From an uncultured delta proteobacterium (GTDB lineage: Bacteria; Desulfobacterota; Desulfobacteria; Desulfobacterales; JAHEIW01): a stretch of 64,000 nucleotides of DNA. A program made the position numbers and the translations under genes. Location: NCBI GenBank assembly GCA_963706575.1, contig CAVPNL010000003.1:1-64000 (forward strand), written 5' to 3'. The notes beneath the pieces were generated by a model that made no database searches, was not told the origin of the DNA, and saw only the letters and a list, made by a program, of their open reading frames with translations. Positions 52,478 through 62,284 of the stretch are shown piece by piece; the stretch's first letter is position 1; the number at the start of each line of letters is the position of its first letter.

Positions 52478-53098
52478 CTATCCGCTGTCCGATGCCTTGC
52501 CGACATTTCGCTGAAACTTAACCCCGAAACCGCTGTAGTTAGACCATGCGACTCTGGCATAACGCTTGATCACATTGCCTTTTTTGCGGTTGGGAATTGC
52601 CAACTGGAGCTGCTGTCCGACATCTAGTCCGTCATTTTCATTGGTTTGCAGAAATACGCCGCCCAGGCTGATATTTTTTATTTCCCCGGGGAAAATTTTG
52701 CGTTGAACCGCATATTTCACATATAACGAGCAGGCCTTACGTTGATGTCTGCGGGATTCTATTCCCCTTTTTATCGGTCGGTCCGATGGATCGGTATCTA
52801 AGAATCGAACGCCGTAACCATAGTAAAATGAAGATTTCTTCAAAGGTTTACGCCATTTTATGATGGCATGATAGCGTTCATAAATATCGGGGTCTGGTGT
52901 ATACGGGGAATTGGGAATTCCGATATAGATATCGGTGCCGGGAGCTAAAAAGTGGTCGGTTTCAAAATAAAGCCCGAAGTCGCTGTAGTTAAACATTCGG
53001 GCACCCTGCAGGATGCCAAATTTAGCATCCTCGAGAACAATCGGCGCCTGGTAATCAAAGCGGGTATTGTCTCTTTTTTCCGGATTTGAATTCATCAA
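52478..53098 (-). CDS. Tandem PilZ-domain protein
   Basis: Two RxxxR...NxSxxG sets: EKRDNTR/NYSDFG and SRRHQR/NISLGG. Confidence 0.88.
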   Translation of the reverse strand: MMNSNPEKRDNTRFDYQAPIVLEDAKFGILQGARMFNYSDFGLYFETDHFLAPGTDIYIGIPNSPYTPDPDIYERYHAIIKWRKPLKKSSFYYGYGVRFLDTDPSDRPIKRGIESRRHQRKACSLYVKYAVQRKIFPGEIKNISLGGVFLQTNENDGLDVGQQLQLAIPNRKKGNVIKRYARVAWSNYSGFGVKFQRNVGKASDSG

Positions 53099-53104
53099 AC
53101 CACC

Positions 53105-53129
53105 TCAAGGTGTTTATTTAACACCTTGA
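53105..53129. promoter_or_regulatory. Perfect 10-bp inverted repeat overlapping the PilZ ribosome-binding site
   Basis: TCAAGGTGTT-TATTT-AACACCTTGA. Confidence 0.55.
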
Positions 53130-53157
53130 AATGGTAAAAATCAAGATTTTCTATCAA

Positions 53158-53316
53158 TTAATTTATCGCTTCCTTAATATTATACTTTTCAAGCAGGTCC
53201 TGGATGGCTTCTTCGAGAAGATCGTTTTGTCGTTTTTCCAGTTGAGCGGCCAGGATTCTGATTTCCTTGATTAAATCAGCATCCAGGGTGGTGTTATACA
53301 TTTTTCTTTTAGCCAT
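53158..53316 (-). CDS. Ribbon-helix-helix DNA-binding protein, 52 aa
   Basis: Too short for the ORF track. MAKRKMYNTTLDADLIKEIRILAAQLEKRQNDLLEEAIQDLLEKYNIKEAIN shows a beta-strand plus two helices with the LLEEAIxDLLxKY pattern. Confidence 0.85.
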   Translation of the reverse strand: MAKRKMYNTTLDADLIKEIRILAAQLEKRQNDLLEEAIQDLLEKYNIKEAIN

Positions 53317-53399
53317 ATTCAATATTTTAACTCATCTGTTAACGGTTAACTGTGGCCTTCTGATTGGCTGTCCAATTTGCCTGCTGGCCTGGCCGAAAA

Positions 53400-53720
53400 T
53401 CAATGGTCGCAGAGATAGGCAACCGCAGCAGAACCTATCCGAAAATCATATACCCAGACAACATGCGTGGCCCCCAAATTAGCAGCTCTTTCTAACACCT
53501 CAGCCTGATGTTCCGAGGGTCGATAATTGTCTAAATACCTTCCCGGATCTGCTGTCTCCGATAAGGTGGCCACATAGGCACAATCCTGCACCATAGGCTC
53601 TTCCGCAATTTTCACCGCCGGAATGGTTTTGGTACAACCGAGAAAAAATACGATGCTGATCAGCCACATCAGTTTTTTTATAATGGCTGCCGAGGCTTTA
53701 AGGTATTCGAATGAAATCAA
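53400..53720 (-). CDS. Small lipoprotein
   Basis: Hydrophobic stretch and FFLGC lipobox; AANLGATHVV motif and a second Cys pair. The start may lie downstream of 53720. Confidence 0.7.
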   Translation of the reverse strand: MISFEYLKASAAIIKKLMWLISIVFFLGCTKTIPAVKIAEEPMVQDCAYVATLSETADPGRYLDNYRPSEHQAEVLERAANLGATHVVWVYDFRIGSAAVAYLCDH

Positions 53721-54181
53721 TCTGGTTTTGATCCTTTTATGCGGTTGGTATTTGTCAATTATTGTAATATAAATAACAGCTTATGTCAAAATTTCAGTGA
53801 GGTCTAGAACTCAATATTTTAAATATTATATGTAATACTAAATAGTTAAATAGATCCGAATAAAAAAATGCTTATCGCGCAAATTCCGCTAAGGCCCTTT
53901 AAAAATGGCTTTAAAAATAAGTTTTCCGTCTGTCGTCACATGCGCGTACGATCGAATATTAAAAAACAAGATATCGGATCCAGCCGCATGGCTGCAGATA
54001 TGGATGATGGACTAGTGGCCGGTTTGGATAGAAGTGGTATTGAAAACGCTTCTAAGAAAATGAAGCGCCCTGCAGTCCGCTTGAGGCCATTCGGATACTC
54101 CTTTGGGAAGGCAAAAAAACCAAGGTGTCTAAACAAGCGCCATAATGTTATAATTCTACTTAAAGTTTATATTATAACTAT

Positions 54182-56335
54182 CTATATTCTCTTTATAAAT
54201 TCACCAATAGCTTTGTGAACTTTTTGGGCGCCTTCACCCAACAAAATCCCATGGCGGTCAAAATTAAACAGCAGGTACTCTTTATCGGCTGATCCGATTA
54301 ATTCAAAAATTTTGCGAGATCCTTTGGGATCAACTACCGGATCACCACGGGATTGGATAACCAGCACCGGTACGTTTAAATCAGCTAATCGAGGCTCCAA
54401 ATCATCCATGAGCCGATCGACTTCCACCACTCCTGAAATTGGATTTCGCGAATAGTTAATATGGGGATTTTCCGGTTTGTTTTCCACGAATTCCTTTTTG
54501 GCCCCCACCTGCCGGGCTCTTTCCATGAGACGATTCCACATGTCCACCGCTGGCGCAAAGCGCGATGAAAAATCTTTAAGTCGCATGGGAGCCGAAACGG
54601 CAAAAACACCTGACACCGCTTTTACCCGAACAGCAAGATCCAGCGCCAGGCCGGCTCCGGTTGAAAAGCCGCCGGCCACCACATGTTTGCAAATACTGCT
54701 GATGATGGCGTATCCCTGATCGACGGAAGCCCTCCAATCCAGATACGAACGCGTTGCCAGATCTTCCGGCGAGGTTCCATGACCCTTTAATCGAGGGACA
54801 TAGACCCAGAAACCCAGCCGGTTTAAATATTGGGCCAGCTGTCTGACTTCTAAAGGTGCTGCCATGTAACCATGGGAAAGAACGATCCCTACATCCTTGG
54901 ACCTTCCTTTGAGCAGAAACGGCATGCCCACCGAAAATGGTTTTGTCTCCCCTTCCAGTTTAAAGTCCTCATAGTCCTTTTTGAATTCGATAAGCGCTTG
55001 GTCCTGCAAATATTTGGCAACTTTTCTTTTAATCCAGAAACCGGGTTGAACGGCCAGCCGGTTTACCGTGCGTTGCAGATCTGTCAACGGCTCAACAGCA
55101 TTTGCCATTACCTCGATCGGATTATCAATCCGTGTTCGATGAAAATCATAGGGTGAAGAAAATTTCGAGGGATCTTTGACCAGCGCATGGTCTTTTTGGA
55201 CGATGATTCCCTTATCGCGGGCCACAGCCATAAAATCTTTGACCTTGTGATAACGGTCATCGGTCAGCAGATGCACCTGATCTTCCTGTAAACTGCGGTG
55301 CAGACAAATTTCGCTTTTCTGCGGAATATGGGTGGCGGCTAAAAAAACCCGTCTTCTTAAGTCTGATTCATCGATTTTTTTTGAGCGCATCTTACGCAGC
55401 ACCGACGCAAAAAGATGATCGTGGTTCACCGTGGTCAGGCTATAAATAGCGGCCATATAGCGTTCCATGAGTTTTAAGGCTTCGATCCGCAATCGGGGCC
55501 GTGAGGGTATCGGGTCATCAAAATGGATTCTTCGTTTGGCTGAAATATCCAGATCAATGGGGGAGCATTGCAGACAGTCAAAAATCTGGATGGGCTCACC
55601 AAAGCGGATATCTATATCCACCCCTGAAAGCAGCATGGATCCTTCAGTCATGAGTTCTTCAAGGATGCGCTCAGGTAAATCCTCAACCAGCCGAACGGCC
55701 AGGTTACTCAGGATATTTTCGCGTACACGAATCGGATAGTAGGTCAGATTTACCGGAACAATATGGGTTTGACCATTAATCACCGGTTCAAGGTCTTGGA
55801 TTTGAAACAGCTCCGATAGATACCTGGCTTCATCTGAATTTTCGGCCGTCAATCTCCGTAGGCGCTGGCGGTAAAATTCGGTCCTCAGGGCCAGGGTAGC
55901 CGCTCCGGTGTGGGGTGGGTGTTTACCGCCGGCCGCTGAAATCATAAAGCGCCCTTTTTCGATTATTTTTTTATTTTTGACCATGCGGCCTTCAGGGAAA
56001 ATGATCCAGTTGGCCTCGCCCGTGAGCAAGGTTTTAACGATCAATCGATCCCGGTCCGGATTTTTCGTTGAAACCGCACCCACCTTTTCCAGGTATGAAC
56101 CGAAAGCGCCTTTGAACAGCTCGAAGGAAGCCAGCGACCAGACGGGAATTTTGGTTAATCGAAAAATCTGATAAGGCATCAGGAAAGTTTCAAGACGGGT
56201 AAAATGATTAATAACAAAAATATTGGACCCTGCGGGGATATTATTCTCACCATGATAGAATATTTTGGCCTTGGATAGGTTGGCAATCGTTTTAATGGCC
56301 AATCCGGTGGTGCGATATGCAAAACGGCTAAGCAT
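54182..56335 (-). CDS. PlsC-like acyltransferase fused to an alpha/beta-hydrolase (carboxylesterase)
   Basis: NHFTRLE and IFPEG motifs, then SHGY, GHGT, GFSTG, DPVV and RHG. Confidence 0.88.
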   Translation of the reverse strand: MLSRFAYRTTGLAIKTIANLSKAKIFYHGENNIPAGSNIFVINHFTRLETFLMPYQIFRLTKIPVWSLASFELFKGAFGSYLEKVGAVSTKNPDRDRLIVKTLLTGEANWIIFPEGRMVKNKKIIEKGRFMISAAGGKHPPHTGAATLALRTEFYRQRLRRLTAENSDEARYLSELFQIQDLEPVINGQTHIVPVNLTYYPIRVRENILSNLAVRLVEDLPERILEELMTEGSMLLSGVDIDIRFGEPIQIFDCLQCSPIDLDISAKRRIHFDDPIPSRPRLRIEALKLMERYMAAIYSLTTVNHDHLFASVLRKMRSKKIDESDLRRRVFLAATHIPQKSEICLHRSLQEDQVHLLTDDRYHKVKDFMAVARDKGIIVQKDHALVKDPSKFSSPYDFHRTRIDNPIEVMANAVEPLTDLQRTVNRLAVQPGFWIKRKVAKYLQDQALIEFKKDYEDFKLEGETKPFSVGMPFLLKGRSKDVGIVLSHGYMAAPLEVRQLAQYLNRLGFWVYVPRLKGHGTSPEDLATRSYLDWRASVDQGYAIISSICKHVVAGGFSTGAGLALDLAVRVKAVSGVFAVSAPMRLKDFSSRFAPAVDMWNRLMERARQVGAKKEFVENKPENPHINYSRNPISGVVEVDRLMDDLEPRLADLNVPVLVIQSRGDPVVDPKGSRKIFELIGSADKEYLLFNFDRHGILLGEGAQKVHKAIGEFIKRI

Positions 56336-56602
56336 ACAGGTATCCTTAAATGGTTCCCGAAAAACAGACGCTAAAATGGATGCGGCTTCTTAGGGCAATA
56401 TGAGAGAAATGGGTCTGCGTCGCTCTCCCCGCGACCCATAACATCCGGAAAGCCCTCCTCTATATAAAATAATAGGAAATAAATAGCCTAAAATCAATAA
56501 TTTGAGTATATCGCTTTATGGAATGTGGACCTTTAACCCCTTTTAGCGTATTCGGAAAATGCGACCGGACATGATGCCGTTATGCGGGGTGCCCCGCCGG
56601 AG

Positions 56603-56631
56603 TTGACAGAATCCCGAAATGGCCCTAATTT
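56603..56631 (+). promoter_or_regulatory. Possible sigma-70 promoter for mtaB
   Basis: TTGACA-N17-TAATTT. Confidence 0.5.
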
Positions 56632-56699
56632 AACATACTTATTGAGTAGCGATTCCGGTTCGAGATCAAAAAGAAAAATACCGTTTCATCAGGAATAAA

Positions 56700-58010
56700 A
56701 TGCCGACCTTTAAAATCAACACCCTGGGCTGCAAGGTGAATCAATCCGAATCCGAGGCCATTGCCCGGCAATTGGAATCTGGCGATTGGTTGCCGGTCGG
56801 CCACAGCGGCGCATCCGAGATAACCATTATCAACACCTGCACGGTAACCCAAAAAGCCTCGATGCAATCGCGACAGACCGTGCGCCAGGCCATCCGCGCC
56901 AATCCAAACTCCCGGATTGTGGTGACCGGCTGCTATGCCCAGACAGAACCTAAGGCCTTCGAGAAAATCAATGGCGTTCATTATATCATCGGCAATGCCG
57001 ACAAACATCGCATCGGCGAAATCCTGACAGATGGTAAAAATTCAGCGGATGGTCATTCGATCACGATCAATAACGATATTCGGCTGTCAGATCCGTTGAA
57101 ACCGTCACCTATAGCTATCTCCGGCCGCCGTACCCGTCCTTTTTTGAAAATTCAGGACGGCTGCGATGCCTTCTGTACCTATTGTATCGTGCCGTATGCC
57201 AGAGGACCCAGCCGCAGCTTGCCGGTCACCAATGTGCTCGAAAGCATAAAGGCATTATCCGTCGCCGGATATCATGAAATAGTGCTCAGCGGCATCCATC
57301 TGGGTCACTACGGTGCTGATCTGATTCCCACAACCCGTCTCCGTGATTTGCTGGATCGCATTGACCGTTTAGAGCTGATTCAGCGGGTGCGACTCAGCTC
57401 CATTGAGCCTCTCGAGTTGACCGACGACCTTATTCAATGTGTTGCCGATTCGCCCCGCTTTTGCCGCCACTTCCATATCCCGTTGCAAAGCGGTGATGAC
57501 CCCATCTTAAAAAAAATGAAGCGGCCGTATACGGTTGATATTTTCAGGCAACGGGTTGCAAAAGTCCGCAATCAAATTCCGGATGCCGCTATCGGTGTTG
57601 ACACCCTGATCGGATTCCCCGGTGAAACCGATGCGGCTTTTTGGAACACCTATGAACTCATTCGTGAATTGCCGATTACTTACTTGCATGTTTTTCCTTT
57701 TTCAGCACGGCCTGGAACGCCTGCTGCCCGCTACCCCGACAAAATCACACCGGGTGTGATTAAAGAAAGATGCGAAAAAATGCGTTGTCTGGGACAGATC
57801 AAACGCCTTGAATTTTATCGAAACTTTATCGGTAAAGAGGTTGAGATTCTGGTGGAATCATCCCGGCATGCTGCAACGGGCATGCTAAAAGGGTTTTCTT
57901 CAAATTACATACCCGTTCTGATAGACGCTGATGACGATCAGATAAATAAGCTTGTGACCGTTAAATTAACAGATCAAATTGACGCTGCCTTAATGGGAAC
58001 CATCGTATGA
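56700..58010 (+). CDS. mtaB: tRNA t6A37 methylthiotransferase (radical SAM)
   Basis: TLGCKVNQ, INTCTVT, TGCYAQ, KIQDGCDAFCTYC, RLSSIEP and C-terminal TRAM domain. Confidence 0.95.
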   Translation: MPTFKINTLGCKVNQSESEAIARQLESGDWLPVGHSGASEITIINTCTVTQKASMQSRQTVRQAIRANPNSRIVVTGCYAQTEPKAFEKINGVHYIIGNADKHRIGEILTDGKNSADGHSITINNDIRLSDPLKPSPIAISGRRTRPFLKIQDGCDAFCTYCIVPYARGPSRSLPVTNVLESIKALSVAGYHEIVLSGIHLGHYGADLIPTTRLRDLLDRIDRLELIQRVRLSSIEPLELTDDLIQCVADSPRFCRHFHIPLQSGDDPILKKMKRPYTVDIFRQRVAKVRNQIPDAAIGVDTLIGFPGETDAAFWNTYELIRELPITYLHVFPFSARPGTPAARYPDKITPGVIKERCEKMRCLGQIKRLEFYRNFIGKEVEILVESSRHAATGMLKGFSSNYIPVLIDADDDQINKLVTVKLTDQIDAALMGTIV

Positions 58011-58019
58011 AAGGAAGAA

Positions 58020-58544
58020 GTGATGAGCGAAAAAATTGATTACAAAGAAGATCTTGAACGACCCGTCGCCGTATTTGAAACCAGCCTGGGCAATTTTGAA
58101 GCCGAACTTTACGCCAAAGAGTGTCCGCAAACGGTCTGGAATTTCATCAACCTGGCAGAAGGCCGGCAGCAGACCGTCCGTGAAGGAAACTTTTATGACG
58201 GCCTGACCTTTCACCGTATCATTGAGGGCTTTGTTATTCAAGGCGGCTGCCCCCAGGGAACCGGAACCGGCGGCCCAGGATATCAGTTCGAAGATGAATT
58301 TGATGCCGCATTGCGGCATGACAGCGAAGGCATCCTTTCAATGGCCAATGCCGGACGCGGCACCAATGGCAGCCAGTTTTTTATTACCCTGGCACCCACC
58401 CCCCACTTAGACGACCGGCATTCGGTTTTCGGAAAAGTAGTCAAAGGTCTGGATGTGGTAAATAAAATCGGATCTGTGCAAACAGGGCCCGGCGATGCGC
58501 CCTTGGAGCCGATAACCATGACCCAGGTTCGTATTCAAAGGTAA
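58020..58544 (+). CDS. Cyclophilin-type peptidyl-prolyl isomerase
   Basis: [26 protein letters not shown] and HSVFG motifs. Confidence 0.96.
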   Translation: MMSEKIDYKEDLERPVAVFETSLGNFEAELYAKECPQTVWNFINLAEGRQQTVREGNFYDGLTFHRIIEGFVIQGGCPQGTGTGGPGYQFEDEFDAALRHDSEGILSMANAGRGTNGSQFFITLAPTPHLDDRHSVFGKVVKGLDVVNKIGSVQTGPGDAPLEPITMTQVRIQR

Positions 58545-58569
58545 AAGTAGTACCTTTGAAATTTGAAAA

Positions 58570-59433
58570 TTGCATGGAATCTCAATCGGTATGAATGTTG
58601 TTAAAACCGATCAGTTTGACAGCGTACAGATGATCCAGCTGGGATACGGTCCCATTGGCCCGCCATTGATGTCGGTTTTTATGTATGTGGTTGATGGCCT
58701 GGTGATCGACACCGGCCAGCACCACATGCAAAAGTGTGTTATCGAGCAGCTAAAAGATAAAAAGTTCAACCGCATTTTTTTAACGCATCATCACGAAGAT
58801 CACAGCGGCAATGCAGCTGCCATCCAAAAAACATATCACATCAATGTATGTGGACATTCACTTACTGCTAAAAAACTGAGAAACGGCTTCAATATCTTAC
58901 CTTACCAACATTATATATGGGGCAAAGCATCACCGGTTGAAGTTAGCGCTTTGGATTCACCGATTACAACGGATCGATTTACTTTCATACCAATTCACAC
59001 ACCCGGACACAGCAAAGACCATACAGTTTATTTTGAAGAGAACAACGGATGGCTATTTTCCGGTGATCTCTATCTGTCAGAACGCATAAAATATTTCCGA
59101 GCAGATGAACAATTATTGGATCAAATCAATTCCTTGAGAAAAGTGCTTGAACTTAATTTTGACGTCCTGTTTTGTGCCCACAACCCGTGTTTTAAAAATG
59201 GAAAAACTAAGCTGAAAAACAAACTGCAGTTTTTGGAAGATCTTTACGGTCGGGTTCGTTCGTTCCTGCAGGAAGGTTTGACGGAAAAAGCGATTATCAG
59301 AAAGCTGGATTCCCACAAAAATAGATTGGCAAAATGGTTAACCCTGGGAAACGTCAGTTTCGCCAATATGATAAAATCCGCTATCGATTCTGCTACTCGA
59401 TCCGATGGTACCTCCCACCATCGAATGCAATAA
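58570..59433 (+). CDS. MBL-fold metallo-hydrolase
   Basis: IDTG, THHHEDH, TPGHSKDH and FSGD motifs. The start may be ATG 58591. Confidence 0.9.
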   Translation: MHGISIGMNVVKTDQFDSVQMIQLGYGPIGPPLMSVFMYVVDGLVIDTGQHHMQKCVIEQLKDKKFNRIFLTHHHEDHSGNAAAIQKTYHINVCGHSLTAKKLRNGFNILPYQHYIWGKASPVEVSALDSPITTDRFTFIPIHTPGHSKDHTVYFEENNGWLFSGDLYLSERIKYFRADEQLLDQINSLRKVLELNFDVLFCAHNPCFKNGKTKLKNKLQFLEDLYGRVRSFLQEGLTEKAIIRKLDSHKNRLAKWLTLGNVSFANMIKSAIDSATRSDGTSHHRMQ

Positions 59434-60289
59434 CATCTTGCGTCAAAAGTTTTTCTAAATGTTTTTGCATATGGGCTTGTTCACTAAACGCATATAACTC
59501 TTTTGGCTCTCGTTTGCGCCCATATAAGATCCAAGCGTCTACAATCTCCTCCATGGTCCGAGGATGCTTCAGGAGTTCCAAAAGTTTATCTTCCCGCATT
59601 TGAATAACCCCCAAATAATCATCGAAAAAAGTTAGCGATTCCCCTTCAAACACACCGGTCTCATGACAGGTCAGCCATACCTTTGCCGGAATCTTTTTGA
59701 GTATCATAATCGAATCGATGGTTTGCTCAATACTTGAATAGCGATCCCCGTACCAGGGCCCGAAAGGAGTGAGGTCATAATCGCCCAAGAATAATACTTG
59801 CGGTTCTTTGAAGAAAAAGGCAAGATGTCCCGGGCTGTGTCCGGGTGTGCGGATTACCTCCACGGTTACATTTCCAAGATCGATTTTTTCACCGTCGTGA
59901 AGCAACCTTGCTGGTATCCGGGGTCGGTAATGAAATTTTTCTTTCAATTCATTACGCCAAAACGCTCGATCTTTTTCGTTTTTGACGCCATACCAGTCCA
60001 GAAATACTTCTATATCCGAAAGCGGTGGGGAGTCTTGCTTACTCATCCATAGGGGCAGATCCTCTAGCAAGTCGAGGTGCATGAAGTGGTCTTCATGCCA
60101 ATGAGAAAGCCATGTCATTTGAAAACCATTATCCCGCTTTATTTCCTGCAATCGTTCGCGGTCCGAGCCCGGATCAATCAACACGCCCGCCTCTTCAATA
60201 TAGATGGAGTGGCAATAGGGATATCGACCTTGCTTCTTTCCGGGAATAACGCTTAGCGGTCCAAATTTACGTTTCTCCAGATCCATCAT
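59393..60289 (-). CDS. MBL-fold metallo-hydrolase
   Basis: IDPG, SHWHEDH, TPGHSPGH and FLGD motifs. Confidence 0.9.
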   Translation of the reverse strand: MMDLEKRKFGPLSVIPGKKQGRYPYCHSIYIEEAGVLIDPGSDRERLQEIKRDNGFQMTWLSHWHEDHFMHLDLLEDLPLWMSKQDSPPLSDIEVFLDWYGVKNEKDRAFWRNELKEKFHYRPRIPARLLHDGEKIDLGNVTVEVIRTPGHSPGHLAFFFKEPQVLFLGDYDLTPFGPWYGDRYSSIEQTIDSIMILKKIPAKVWLTCHETGVFEGESLTFFDDYLGVIQMREDKLLELLKHPRTMEEIVDAWILYGRKREPKELYAFSEQAHMQKHLEKLLTQDVIAFDGGRYHRIE

Positions 60290-60331
60290 TTTAATTGCTT
60301 CCCTGTGCTACCCTGGTTAAAAAGAGTTTTG

Positions 60332-60838
60332 CTACAGTTCCTGCTGTTTGTATTTCCGGGCCAAATCGGTATAAAAGGCGGCCCCTTCTTTGATTTGATC
60401 CATCCACTGCATCGATACACGGCCCTTTATGCGCGCCGGCGTTCCCGTGCACAATGATTGTTGCGGGATTTTCATTCCTTCAGGGACGACTGAACCTGCA
60501 CCAATAATCGAAAAGTCGCCAATCACAGCATCATTGAGAATAACAGCGTTGTTGCCCACCAACACAAAATTGCCCACCCGATAGCCGTGAACAACAGCGC
60601 CGTGGCCGACGATGACGTTATTACCTATAATAACGTCTCCGTTACCGTGTACCACGCAATTATCTTCTATACTGGTATTATTGCCGATGGCAATATTGCC
60701 GCAATCGCCCCGGATAACCGCCCCCGGCCAGATACTCGATCCCGGCCCGATTTCAACATCACCGACGATGTAAGCGGTTTCACTGACGAACACGGATGGA
60801 TCAATTTTAGGAGATACTCCATCAAATTCACGAATCAT
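60332..60838 (-). CDS. Gamma-carbonic-anhydrase family protein (PaaY/CaiE/YrdA-like)
   Basis: IVGDVEIG, IRGD, VVH and VGHGAVVHG hexapeptide repeats. Confidence 0.92.
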   Translation of the reverse strand: MIREFDGVSPKIDPSVFVSETAYIVGDVEIGPGSSIWPGAVIRGDCGNIAIGNNTSIEDNCVVHGNGDVIIGNNVIVGHGAVVHGYRVGNFVLVGNNAVILNDAVIGDFSIIGAGSVVPEGMKIPQQSLCTGTPARIKGRVSMQWMDQIKEGAAFYTDLARKYKQQEL

Positions 60839-60883
60839 TTGTTCCTCGCCTATTGATACAACATATACCGGCTTTTTTTGTGG

Positions 60884-61123
60884 TTAAGCACTCACTTTTA
60901 TTATCAGCGAAGTCGCTGTGGCGGTGGCGATAAGGTTGCCTTGCGTGTCCTCCAGTTTACCCTCCAAAAAGGCCACGGATTTTGTCTTTTGAATTACCTT
61001 GCCGGTTCCGTTGATCCTACCTTTTGCCGGACGAAGAAAATTCACCTTTAGCTCCAGGGTCGGAATCGTTTCCGTGGCGTCGATGACGGTGGCCAATGCG
61101 GGACTCATGGTTGAATCCAGCAT
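60884..61123 (-). pseudogene. PaaI-family thioesterase, N-terminally truncated
   Basis: MLDSTM...TLELKVNFLRP...ATAT. An in-frame TAG lies 10 codons upstream and the HGG-containing N-terminus is absent. Confidence 0.65.
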
Positions 61124-61212
61124 GAAACCCTTAATATCGTCTAATCGGCGCTATCGCGCCGCCTGCCGACCCAACTAAATTAAAGCACAATCTTTGAAGA
61201 AGCCTGGTACCT

Positions 61213-62271
61213 TTATTCGGTGAACCGCGGACGGTAGGGAGCGAACACCGGAATTTGCATCACTCCTGGAGGAGCGGCGCAAACCGCCGGAATACTGTTA
61301 ATCACCGACCCGGCCACGGCGTACTGTTCGGCTTTGGTCTTAAATCCGGTATTTTCCGGCTCGACCAGATTCATAGAAATATCGATGCCGGGCAAACCGC
61401 GAATTTTAACCTCCCAATGGTTATAGTTTTTATCCTCGAGCCAGGTATCTTCCATTATCCAGCTAATCGATAAAGTAACAAAACGTTTACCATCGACAAT
61501 ACCGTGCCAGCGCCAATTCGTCACTGCAACAGTGCCCTTTTTGATCACGCCGGCGGCGACTTGAAGATCCTCGGACGCGGGCTGCACGATGTGGTCGGAT
61601 TCAACCTGATCCAGCTGAAATCCAAGTCGATGCACCAGCTGAGCCACAACTTCGGCATACATTCCCGTCATAAGTTCTGCCGGGGCCCAGGATGCGTCGT
61701 TGAGATCCAATTTAGCGGGATCCGCACCAAAACCCAAAACATGGAAGACATAATTGGCATCCGGTACGGTGCTGCAATCAAAGATTTCACCCAGATAAAT
61801 ATTGTCGATTCGGGTACAAATGCCGGTAGCCACGGTGGTGATTTTTTCAGTTAGAAACCCAGGGTTCAGGCCGGTACCGAATAATGTCGTTCCACCTTTG
61901 GCACATGCCGTCTGAAAATCTTCCAGGTACTCCGGGCCCCAGTGTTGCGGAAAACTATGGCCGTTGATGCTGATCACATTTTTGCCCGACGCCAGTAGGC
62001 GGCAAATATCTTTATTGTGATAGCTGTAAGGCGGTTGAATGCGCGGGGCATGGATGACAACATCCGCCTCCGTAGCCATAATTTCATCAACGCTGCGGGT
62101 AGCGATAACGCCCGTAGGATCACGACGCGCAATGTCACCCGCATCCCGTCCGGCTTTTGATTCGCTGTAAACTAAAAGACCCACCAAATCCAGATCAGGA
62201 TGATCGAGGGTCGCCCGCAAACAACTTTTCCCCATGGATCCGGTTGCCCACTGAATAACTTTATAAGCCAT
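61213..62271 (-). CDS. DapB-like NAD(P)H-dependent amine dehydrogenase family protein
   Basis: VIQWATGSMG, LLASGKNVIS, GTGLNPG and VCAAPPG motifs. Confidence 0.85.
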   Translation of the reverse strand: MAYKVIQWATGSMGKSCLRATLDHPDLDLVGLLVYSESKAGRDAGDIARRDPTGVIATRSVDEIMATEADVVIHAPRIQPPYSYHNKDICRLLASGKNVISINGHSFPQHWGPEYLEDFQTACAKGGTTLFGTGLNPGFLTEKITTVATGICTRIDNIYLGEIFDCSTVPDANYVFHVLGFGADPAKLDLNDASWAPAELMTGMYAEVVAQLVHRLGFQLDQVESDHIVQPASEDLQVAAGVIKKGTVAVTNWRWHGIVDGKRFVTLSISWIMEDTWLEDKNYNHWEVKIRGLPGIDISMNLVEPENTGFKTKAEQYAVAGSVINSIPAVCAAPPGVMQIPVFAPYRPRFTE

Positions 62272-62284
62272 GATACACTCCTAA

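Noticed and set aside
53868..54218. 116-aa + strand and 66-aa - strand ORFs
   Set aside because: They overlap each other, lack recognisable features, and the longer one overlaps the end of the fusion gene.
59393..59433. 41-bp overlap of convergent MBL genes as an antisense system
   Set aside because: Short convergent overlaps are common, and this one may reflect a terminal frameshift.
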